Translations under genes and position numbers: made by a program
Notes under the pieces: generated by a model
The model's input: only the letters and a program-made list of their open reading frames with translations
Databases searched by the model: none
Told to the model about the DNA's origin: nothing
Part shown: piece after piece, positions 52,701 through 64,000 of the stretch
Layout of the letters: every line of letters begins with the position of its first letter
Numbering within the stretch: position 1 is the stretch's first letter
DNA from: the human T2T-CHM13v2.0 reference genome, Homo sapiens
Assembly: GCF_009914755.1 (NCBI RefSeq)
Contig: NC_060933.1
DNA length: 64,000 bases
Direction: 5' to 3' (one strand)

Positions 52701-55700
52701 TCCCGAATATTAGCACAGCATATTAGGCCCTCTGTGATCTGGCTACATAATCTGGCCCTCACCGTCACACCTGTCACTACTTTTCTACATATAATTACAC
52801 TCTAGCCAAACTAAACTACTGGCCATTCCCTAGCTACACACAGTAGCTCTTTTTGCCTTTGCACTTTTAGATATGGTGTTCTTATTGCCTGAATAACCTC
52901 TACACCAATTTAGTTTATCCACTTGTGTCTTTCTATATCCATCTTTGAATCTCCCTATAGTGCCTATCAAATAATAAGCATTGTAAATATATGCTAAAAA
53001 TAATGAACTGAACTTGTCTTACCACATTAACCACATACTACCTTCTTGCATGCTTTTGAACACTGTGTCCATCCCTTAAGGGAGGGTATGCTGTCTGTGT
53101 TCAATTTTTAACTTGTATGGTTTATTCAGAATTGTAAATATTAACTTCCTTTCAATAAAATACATTTTTAATATAAAAGTAATATGCTTATTGTAGAATA
53201 TCTAGGACATATAGAAAAGTTAAAAGAAGAAAATGAAAACTACCTAGGATCTTTCTAGTTAACAATAACAACTACTAACATTTTCTTGGTTTTCCTGAAT
53301 CTTTTTTCAAAGTGTACATACTTAATATTCTGACTGTAATGCATGCTTATTTCTGGAACATTCATAGGTCTCAGGTGGAAGACGATATAACAAAGGGTTT
53401 GGTGACAGATACTACCACTGGGGCTTATTAGCCTTTCCCAATTAAAAAGAAAAAACTTCTGGTAACTTAACATGAATTTTAAGATTCATATTATTATACA
53501 AGTTCCTGGAAAATGAAAATGGCTATTATTTGTTCTGGGCAACTCTCATCTTACAGAGATAGCCTAAAGATCATCTGAAAGCTAAAATAAAACTATGAAA
53601 GGGATGACATTTTCTCTCCAAGATATGATTTTTCTTCCCTGCTCTAGTGTTCTTCTGGGAAATAAAAATAAATACAAGGGCACAAATACAAGGAGAAACA
53701 AACTATAAGGCAAAATATATTAGAATCTGTTAGGACATTTTTATTGTCTTAATTCTAAATCATTCTCAAATTAATATTTTCAAATGGAAGAACAATCTTT
53801 TTAAATAATAGTCTGTAAGTTCAGCATATTTCAAATAATACCTTTTTACTTATTCCAGAATAAATTCTTTTCAGCTTCATTAACTCCCTTTTCTAAATTA
53901 AGCATTTCAGCTTTTAATATACATTATACATATTTTAATCATAACCCTAATCTTTTTTCTTTTCAGTTTGAAGACATTCAATCCTCACACAAAGTTCTGC
54001 CATTGGCTCCCTTGTATTTTTACTAGACTCTGTCCTGGGCAATTTCATTTACTCTATTTCTTTATCATCCTTCAGCAAGTTACCCTCTAATTAAACTTCT
54101 CTAGCCCTTGTCACTATGCTGGACTCCACATGCACTCTTATAATTCTCAGCTGGGTATCTTCAAATGAATGCCTCCTCTCAGGTCCCCTAAGCATCACCA
54201 CCAGCTGGGCTCAAATGCTTCTATTCATTTTGGACATCATCTGCTCCTTCATACTCCACATTCAACAGTTTGCCATTTACCACTGATACCTGTTGAATTT
54301 ACCTCTTTTGTATCCCCATCCACCTTTCTATTCCTACTGTTTATTATCTCTTGATGGAATTAACTCAATAATCTTTTAATTGGTTTTCTTCCCTCATTGT
54401 CCTTTCACTTCTGCCTTCAAACCTCAAAATACTACTAGTAAAATCTTCACGTTACTCCCTTAGTCGCAACCTGTGATGGATCTACACTGCCTAGATTCTA
54501 AATTCCCTAGCAAGCATTCACGGTACTTTATGATTGGCCCCAGACTATCTTTCTAGACTTAGCTGCCACTACATATCCTCATCATCCTATACTCTAACCA
54601 CTGGGTATAAACTGTTCCCCTAGACTACTCTGTACTCTCCTGCCTCCGTACTTTAACTTTTAATTATGCCTCCAAATACCTAACTTTTAATTATGTGTTT
54701 CTGTTTACCTATCACCTTGAAGGGACAAGGTAATGTTTGTCATTGTATCTACAGGGCTTTACATATTATCTAGCACATAATAGTTCAAATAATTGTTCAA
54801 TGAACTACACATCTTCACCTATCATTATTCTACCCACTCTTCAAAACCTAGCTCAAAAACTACAATCTCTTGAATAAAATCTAATAAAATATTTTTAATC
54901 CCAGCTATCCACTCCCAATAGTTATCCCTCCTCTGCACACTATAATATAGCTCATCACGGTAGTATACATCCTCAAAGTATGCTCCTTGGAACATGGTCA
55001 TTCATGAGCTGAACCAAGATTTATCACCTAAAATCTGAAAGTGATTATGTTTTCCCAATTTGTAGGGGGAAAAAACTAAGACACTACATAGAATTTCTTC
55101 AATTAAGGGTTCCCTCCCATTATTTGTTTTAAACCTTTTAGATGTCCTAGCAAAAAAATCATGATATAATTAAAAACATATTTCAGGATGTTGTGAAAAT
55201 AGTACCATGACTTCTAAGTGTTCTGACAATGGAACACGTTTGAGACTCATGGTTTAAACATACTTTACCTTTTACTATGCCTGTGTATGTGTTTCTTCCT
55301 ACCATCTTTTAAACCTGTTGGGGGTGGGGACTGCCCCCCAAACCCTAGAACAAAACAGGTGCTCAATAAATGTCTTGTTAATTGAACTCTTTCATACTTC
55401 TGTTACTGCACTTAAAACATTTTCTGAACCTTCTTGAAATAACACTATTTTTTAAAGAATGGCTACTATAATAAATAGAACTACATGGAATATCAAGCTG
55501 TAACATTCCATAGGTTCTGAACATGAGGCAAATCCAGATTCTATTACCAAAGATCCCCAATTTGTAAAGATTTATATAAAAAAAAAAGCATTACAGAATC
55601 CAGTGGTAGGTAGGATGGGTGAGATTTACTGAGGAGAAATAAACATTTTGTTAAAATTTCCAATTACTTTATAGGTTTTGATCTTGACTGAGGATAAGCA

Positions 55701-55758
55701 AGCCAGTAAGAATTCAAATTTAACTTAGGAAAAGATTAAAATAAAAATTCATTTTTAA

Positions 55759-56121
<363 letters not shown>

Positions 56122-58350
56122 AAAGTATGCTGTACTCTTACCCCAATCCAAAAAATATTCTGCCAACTAAAAAGCAATCACAAAACCAAATAATCTTCAG
56201 CTATATTTTAAGAAAGCCTTTTTATCCCATACATGTACCATTTTTTAACAGTAACAATATGGAAATCAAGAATAATTTTAACAAAGCTATACACAAGCTT
56301 ATTTTCACCAAGATATTATCATAAATGGCAAAATTAAAAATTTAAATTTAGCTTTATTAGTGTCACTGGTGATGCATCTTTTCTAATGACAGCCTTTCAA
56401 AACTAGAAAAAGCCATCTTCAGCCTACATGGCAATATTCTTAAAGTTTTCAAAAATATCATCATTTAAAAATCAGTTTTGGAAGAGGTAAAAATTCATAC
56501 TAATATTTGACGTTTTCTAAAGTTCTTTTCATAATTTCCTATTATTTTCTATTCCTTTCCACTTAGATGATCTTCTCCCTGTTTCTAATGTTAATTGCTA
56601 TTTCTCACAGTTGCCTCAAATGGATGAATGAGATCCCTTCTAAAATATAACTTTCTTGAGAATAGATATGTTATCTAACAGAGAAAATTGTATCTATAGC
56701 AATGCGTGGTCAAAACTGTATTTTTGATACTAAAAATTTAAAAATCTGTGTTGGGACTTTCAAAATATGTTACCGCCTTTGAAAAAGGCAATATACACAC
56801 CAGTAGCCCAATTTGGAATTCATTCTGAGAATTAATCAGCTTTTGGAAACTGAAAGAGCAGACCTGAATTTTAGTCCTACTTCTCTTGAAAATATATATA
56901 GATAATATAAAAATCATAAATATTTATAAATTATTTATAGATTACATGCATTGCTGCTTTAAGCATCACAAAAAGCAAACAAAAAGATATTTCAAAAGGT
57001 AAAATAATAACAGAACATACTTAAGTCCTAATATTTTCTTCTCTCACCCCAGTGGGTCATCCTGTCTACTTCCTGAGATGCTGAGACTACTCTGGAAACC
57101 ACAGTGAAGCATACAGAAGTATTTGTAGTTTCCAGAAATACTATGCTGTTTCATGCCTTGCACTCACTGTAGTTCAGCATTCGGAATGCCCCAGTTAAAC
57201 CTTCCTAAAAAGTTCAGTAGTAATATTCAACTCCTTCAAGAATCAATTCAAATATAAACACCTCTATGATAGACTAGTCTCTTTCTCTTCCTTACCTCGT
57301 CTCACTTGTCATCCCCACATTCACCCCTTCCGCTTCAGATTTATGTCATCTTCCTTTAAATTCCTCTTGTACTTTGTTCATATATCCATTACAGAATTAT
57401 TCTATTTTTAAGTAACTGTTTCCCTACTCAACTACAAACCACTTAAGGGCAGGGAACTTATCTTTTGATCTCAGGGACATGAATGCCTAATTCTAGAAGA
57501 TACTTAAATACTTGCACAATTATTCTACCCTAACACCCTCATTATACAGATAAGGAAACTGAGATTCAAGTTATATGCTGTGTCCAGGGTACTAATGCTA
57601 TTGGGCTGCTCTCTAATGAGAATGTGGTATCCTCTTTACCTAATATACCTCATTTATTGCTCACTAGAAAGCTCAGCAGTATAGGGAACGGCTTTAAAGT
57701 CTCTTTACACTTTGAAAATAAGTTCCTTTAGTGTCTTACAAATATATTCCAGAAGTCAACGGAAAATTCAAATAATATCTAAGTGATTCATTGGTTTCAT
57801 TTCTAAAATACCATATACCACTTTGAGATATTTACAAATAAGCTATGAGTCATCTATATGCTGAAAATCACACTCCCATGAACACTCTATAGAATATTGT
57901 TTTGAAACATCTATATACCTTAGTTGCATTTCAAACAGTTGTGACCTATGCTTTTCTCAAAGTTGTGCCCATTGGAAGCAGTTAGTAATGACTCAGATTT
58001 TAGGCTAGAAGAACTGATGTCCTAGTATCCACAAGTGTGGTCTCGCAAACCTGATGTGTTTGCATACATCAAATACAAAAAAGCGAGGGACTCCAACTTT
58101 AATTAACTATTTGAGGTCATACTACTTTTTGCTACTAAAATAGCAAGAATTTTACCTCTACTGGCCTAAGAATGTCAGAAATACATTATTTTTATAAACT
58201 ACAATGTTGTAAGTTTAATTTCTAAATATGGATACTATTAGATCACATGGGAATATAAGTATTCTGAGCATTAACGACTGAGAATGATGATTCTAAGCAT
58301 TTAGAAATTTACCTTTATGTAGTTTCTTAGTCTGCTCTTTTTTAAGACTA

Positions 58351-58699
<349 letters not shown>

Positions 58700-59289
58700 T
58701 CAAACCCATATGCTATCTCTTAGCACTTTCATTCAGTCATTCTCTTGCCTCATTCTAAATCATTATTCCCACATCTGATAGATTAGATGAACTCTAAGGT
58801 TCTTCCAGGTCTAAAATCTTGTGACATCAATCAGGAGGATACTTCATAACTTCAAAATAATAACGTGAATGGATTGTTTTTTATGTGAGTCACAGCAATA
58901 ATGCACTGTGGAGACAAGGGTAACAAACACACTACAGAAATACAAAATTACTAAAGTATTAAAAGTAATTTACAAAGCAAATATGTGAATAATTATTCTA
59001 TTACTAAATAATCCTACTCTATGAAAGGATTCAAGAAGAGGTTCCTTAAAGAGAGCTCACTTAACGAAGACAGGCACTATGTTAACTGTTTTTGGTGAAA
59101 AAAATCACCGTTAGTCTTGAAAATGGCATATGGGAAGCCAATGACAAAGGTTACTTTTAAATTACAGTGACAAATCAAGAACCAAAAAATTAACACAATT
59201 TCTAGGAGCTATTCTGTAAGAGCACAAGTATAATGCCGTTTCAGATATGAAGTATACACTCATATTATTCAACGACTGCTACTACTTAC

Positions 59290-59470
59290 ATTAAAATGGC
59301 TAACACTTATACTTGGCTAACTATGGGAGCAGCACTGTTGATTTCACATTTATTAACTCATTAAATCCTCAAAGCAACTCTATGAGAGAAGTACTATTAT
59401 TATCCCCGCTTGATAGATGAGGAAACTGAGGCCAAAAAGGTTAAGTGACTTGCTCAACTTAAATTCACTC
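59290..59470 (-). mobile_element. MIR SINE
   Basis: aactcattaaatcctcaaagcaactctatgag...gatagatgaggaaactgaggcc...aggttaagtgacttgc. Confidence 0.8.
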
Positions 59471-60332
59471 TAATAGTAAACAGTCAAACTACTATTCCAC
59501 TTCAACTACCAATACCAAAAACATTGAATTTTTCCACTCCCGAAAAATTTAAACTTTAGAAATTAACTTGGCTGACACAGACTATACAATTATTATAAAA
59601 CAATACATTCATTTTAGTATCCTCCTCTTGTGTTAAATAATTGGATATATGGGTGGCGGATACCAAGAGCACAGTATCATCTGACTTGCCTATGATTTCT
59701 GGTAGAATAAACATAAATGTATAAACTTTAAAAAATGTGTGTTGATGCATTCCCTATTATTGCAAAAATTGGGTGTCCTCAGATGAAACGGAGAGAAAAG
59801 ATCAGTAGTATGCAAAAGTAACCATTAACCATTTAGTAACACTCCATAAATCTTCGATGACCGACATGGGTAGTAAATGATAAAATTATTTTTTAATGGT
59901 TTAAGACACCTTTTTACATAAGCCAAAATTATTTTTCTAGAGATATTTCATCCTAAACGCTGTTTTAAATGTCATGCTAAAACTGTCTAAAAGTTGCAGG
60001 TCCAACTTCCATCCCACAAAAACTGTTCCTCTGCCTACACGTGCAATTCTTCCTACGGGACCCATTCCATTTTACATCTGCAAACTATACCCAGCTCTTC
60101 AGCGCTGCAGACTCGGGTTTCCTTCTCAGTCTACGCGCAAGCCGGGTTCGGCCCACACCCACCACACCCCTCCGGTCCCCGCCCAGCGCCGCTCCTCCTC
60201 CCGGGCTTCTCCAGCACCGACTCAGCACCTATCAGCGCCGCCCCCAGGCCCCTGGCCCAGCCCATCCTCGGGCACGTGTGAGTGTGTGTTTGTGTCAGTC
60301 TGTCAGTCCCACCGGGGACCGGGCTCGCTTAC

Positions 60333-60925
60333 CGAGAGAGAAGCGCTAACTTCTGCTCCAGCATCATCTCCAGCTTCTGGCCCTGTTTGGAGATCCAGTG
60401 GTCCACTCCGTGCAGGCGGTAGCACGTCTCCAGCATCAACCTGAAGTCCGCCACGAACTCGGTGATGCCCCCGTACTGGCCGCTGGCGAACTTCTCTTCC
60501 ATCTGCAGCAGACACATGCCCTGTCCGGGCTGCTGCGGGAAGGCGCGACCGCCCCGGCCCCCGCTGCGCGGCCCTTCCGCCACCTCCTCCTCCGCGGTGG
60601 CAACGCCCCCCAAGGGCTGCAGAAAGGGGGCGGTGAGACCCCGGTGCTTCTCCTGCAGGAACTCGCCCAGGATGCGGTAGCCCTGCTGTAGCTCGTAGGT
60701 CAGCTCCTGCTCCTTGCAGCAACCGCCTCCGATCACCATCGCCTCCATCTCTTCCTCCTGATCGTCCGCGTCCTCCAGCGAGGAGGCACTCCTTCCGTGG
60801 GCCGGCCCTGAGGTCTGGGCCGCCGCTGCCACCTCCTCCTCGTCGTCCTCTCCTTCGGCCGCCGGTGGCGGCCGCTCTTCCTCCCCAGCCGGCTCCATCG
60901 CTCCCGGCGTCCCGGGCACACTCAT
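60333..60925 (-). CDS. BRD10: BRD10/KIAA2026 coding exon 1 (aa 1-198): acidic N-terminus plus atypical bromodomain
   Basis: ATG at 60925 (MSVPGTPGAMEPAGEEERPPP...). Bromodomain-like APFLQP...MCLLQMEEKFASGQY...FVADFRLMLETC. Donor TCG|GTAAGC at 60333/60332. 593 nt, ends in phase 2. Lies in the CpG island. Confidence 0.95.
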
Positions 60926-60963
60926 GCCCCGGCAGGCCTAGGCTGGGCGGTGTGGAACAGCCG

Positions 60964-61042
60964 CTCGAGGTGCTGGGGGACGCGTGAGCGCGAGCCGCTT
61001 CCTCACGGCTCGGCCGCGGCGCGTAGCCCCCGCCACATCGGG
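60964..61042 (+). ncRNA. MIR4665: MIR4665 annotated hairpin (5p ~60973-60995, 3p ~61009-61034), antisense to the BRD10 5' UTR
   Basis: Sequence CTCGAGGTGCTGGGGGACGCGTGAGCGCGAGC...CTCGGCCGCGGCGCGTAGCCCCCGCCACATCGGG matches my recall of hsa-mir-4665. The arms are complementary (GGGGGACGCG / CGCGTAGCCCCC). Whether it is a genuine miRNA is uncertain. Confidence 0.75.
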
Positions 61043-61609
61043 CCTGGCTCTCCTCAGCCGCCGGCTCGGCTCGGTGCGCGCGGGGGTCTTGAGCTCACCG
61101 CCGGCGGGGCGGGGTTACATGGCGCGCGAGGAGGGGGGAGAGAAGAGGAGAGCCTAGGTGCCCTCCTCTCCCCTCCCCCCCGGCGGCGGCGCGCGCACGG
61201 CCCTCGCCGGCCTCACCCCTCCGCACCCCGCCCGCCTGCTCTTCACCGGCCAGGCCCTGCCGGGTCGCCGCGGCCTCGGCGCCCCACCCCCTCCCGGGCC
61301 AGCGGGGGGCTGGGAGGGGGCGAGGAGGAAGGGGGTTCTCCTCTCCCCTCCCCGGAGGGGGCCGCAGCGGCGGCTCCGGCTCCTCCTCTCCCTCACACCC
61401 CCTCCCGCCCCCCTCTACCTGCGGGGGACACGGGCAGAAGGAGGCGGTGCACGGACGGGGCCCGGCGACAACTGTCAGTTAGAAGCCCCGCTGGGCGGTG
61501 AGGGGGGAGAAAGGGGAGGGGCAGGGAGAGAAGGGGGAGGGCACTCAGCCCCCCGGCTGGGAAGAGCTGTGGAGAGAAGCAAAGAAAGAGGCCCTGTCGC
61601 CATCCCCGG

Positions 61610-61798
61610 TGCGCATGCGTAGTAGAACAATTCCCCCCTCCCCCCCCGCCACCATCGTGCCCCGCCCCGCTACGCAAAAGGAAGAGCTTCGGCTCAGCTA
61701 CAGGCCCAGAAGCCTGCTAGGGTTGCGCGGACCAATGATGTAATCAATCGTAGGCCAATCGAACATGTTGATGGAGGGGGAAGCAAGGCGCCTGCGCA
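61610..61798. promoter_or_regulatory. Promoter motif cluster: NRF1-like TGCGCATGCGT (61610-61620) and GCGCCTGCGCA (61788-61798), GC box (61660-61668), CCAAT boxes (61732-61736, 61755-61759)
   Basis: Direct matches to known NRF1, Sp/KLF and NF-Y consensus motifs at the upstream edge of the CpG island. Confidence 0.7.
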
Positions 61799-63482
61799 GC
61801 TTAATTCGCTACCGCCTGGGAAGGTGGCCAAAAGGCTTTTTTTAAAGCAAGTGCTTCAAGAGGAAACTTCTTTTGCAAGACCCGTGTTAGCCCCCCAAAC
61901 TAAAATTAAAGTTGCTAGATAACCTTTGTTAATGGCAAATGAATAGTGAGAAAGCGCAAAATGTAAATCTTCTCTACTATAAAATTTACATTCTGTTCCC
62001 ACCCTTTCTCCCTTGTGACTGCGGGTCTTCTATATATAACCAGAATTTTGAGAAGTTTAGAAAGAAAGTTTAAGGACTCGACCATACGTTCACATGCAGA
62101 AGAAAAGGAAGTGATTTTTAGAACCCCAGCTCTTAACATCAATTCATATTTTGGAACTAATTCCATGTTTTCAGTTACAAATTTCCACCCTCCCGATTCT
62201 TGAGATCTGTTAAGAATAAAGAGAATGGAACCTCATTTAAACAAATTCTTGGGACTGAAAACAGTCAAAATAGTTCATGTCTGAGTTGTACAGCATTAAA
62301 CAGTTGTTTGCATGGGCTGATAATCTCACTACATTTTACAATTACTGTTTAATGACTAAAAAGTGGACTCATCATTCACATTGGTTTACATGTTACTTAA
62401 AATTAGTTGGGAGGTAGGAATTCATGGTTCCATAAAGCAAATACTACTATTTCCTCATGTTCTATTTGAAAGACGCACATATTATTTTTTCTAGGTACAC
62501 AGAACCCTCGTTAAAACCTAGAATTACCTAAACACAAAAACAAAATTACAGAAATCATGCATTTTAAAAGTAAAATGTGTATAACTAAATGATTAGGATA
62601 CTCTGACTCTTGCAATTGTTTACTTCTCATTAATGTGAACTTTAAAGCAGTGATAAAATTTTTTTTTAACCTCAAAGCTGTTTTTGTCCAGTAAGTTAAG
62701 TATCACTCTTAAGTAAAATAGTGAAGCGGGAACGCTCTGTTAGGGTATTCACACTGTCCTCCACACATACCTTTTATCTAGTATTCGAGGTCTCCTCTCA
62801 TCAGACATTTGTAATATATAACGCATTTACAGGGTTCTCTCCCCTCAGAGAAGAGTCTGTGGACTCTGAAGAGTCCACAGAACCTCAGCTCACAGAAAGA
62901 AAAATGCAGGGATCAGTCTTACTTCAGCACCTGGCAACCAAAACGTGTGTCTGACTAGACATTCCTCCTTTCTTTCGACAAAGCCCAGGAATCTGAAGCC
63001 CAACGTACCCAAGCAAACATCCTCTACTCCTCTTTAGTCATCAGCTCTATTTCATGACTCTTGGACAATATTAGCTTACATTATTGAACCCTGTGCCACT
63101 AAGCACTTTATATTCATTGTCTCCTTTAATCTCACAACAAGCCTATCAGCTAGGTATTAACCTTATTTTTCAGATGAGGAAACTGCCTCTTAGTTTAAGA
63201 AAGTTGTTAAACAAAGTTAAAATCTAGGTCTGTCATACTTCAAAAACTCCAGGTGCCTAATTCCAAGTCATCTGGCAGAATTTCTAATTCCTCATACATA
63301 AAAGTGTAGGGAATTGCTAGAAATGTTGATAAAGGGTTTCTTAATTAAGATTATATAAAAGAGAAAGGTGTGGGTGAGTAGAAGGAACCTCAACTCTAGG
63401 TTATGAAGAGGTCAAGATGATAGCAACTTAACTATAATGAAAGTAGGATCGGGTCCTTGATCTTAAAAAAGAAACTCTATTA

Positions 63483-63877
<395 letters not shown>

Positions 63878-64000
63878 CTAGAGAAAACCTCTATTAATAC
63901 TTTGAGGTGGGATTTTTCTATTCATTCTTCTATACTTTATTTATCTTAAATATACTAAAAATTGTGATCATACTATACATAATGTCCTTAATTTTCCTTT

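Larger units (their letters stand above)
60100..61830. promoter_or_regulatory. CpG island / BRD10 promoter and 5' UTR
   Basis: Abrupt GC- and CpG-rich stretch against an AT-rich background; spans exon 1; no obvious TATA box. Confidence 0.92.

Noticed and set aside
59974-61743. Overlapping Pro/Arg/Gly-rich ORFs on both strands
   Set aside because: Expected from stop-codon scarcity in a CpG island; only the 60925 frame has domain similarity and matching splice phases.
61761-61770. p53 response element (GAACATGTTG)
   Set aside because: Only one imperfect half-site.

Overview
Human/primate genomic DNA (AT-rich, Alu/L1-dense introns, one CpG island). It holds the 5' part of BRD10 (KIAA2026) on the minus strand. 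Coding exons 1-4 (60925-60333, 41700-41500, 22588-21171, 7238-7159) have GT/AG boundaries and matching phases, and splice to 764 codons; the gene continues off the left edge. The CpG-island promoter (~60100-61830) has NRF1, CCAAT and GC boxes, several uORFs and the antisense MIR4665 hairpin. Best lead: the protein combines an atypical bromodomain (acetyl-lysine-anchoring Asn replaced by His, ZA loop carrying an RGG insert) with a charged helix and a DDT-WHIM1-WHIM2-like module resembling CECR2/RSF1. This suggests BRD10 is an under-recognised ISWI remodeller regulatory subunit. Other items: a twin-primed 5'-inverted L1PA2, a truncated Alu fused to a 58-bp locally templated copy, a two-way inverted repeat, two candidate poison exons, a start-stop uORF and a CpG-retaining old Alu. 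Gene, miRNA and repeat names come from recall of consensus sequences, not from database searches. Boundaries of old repeats are approximate.
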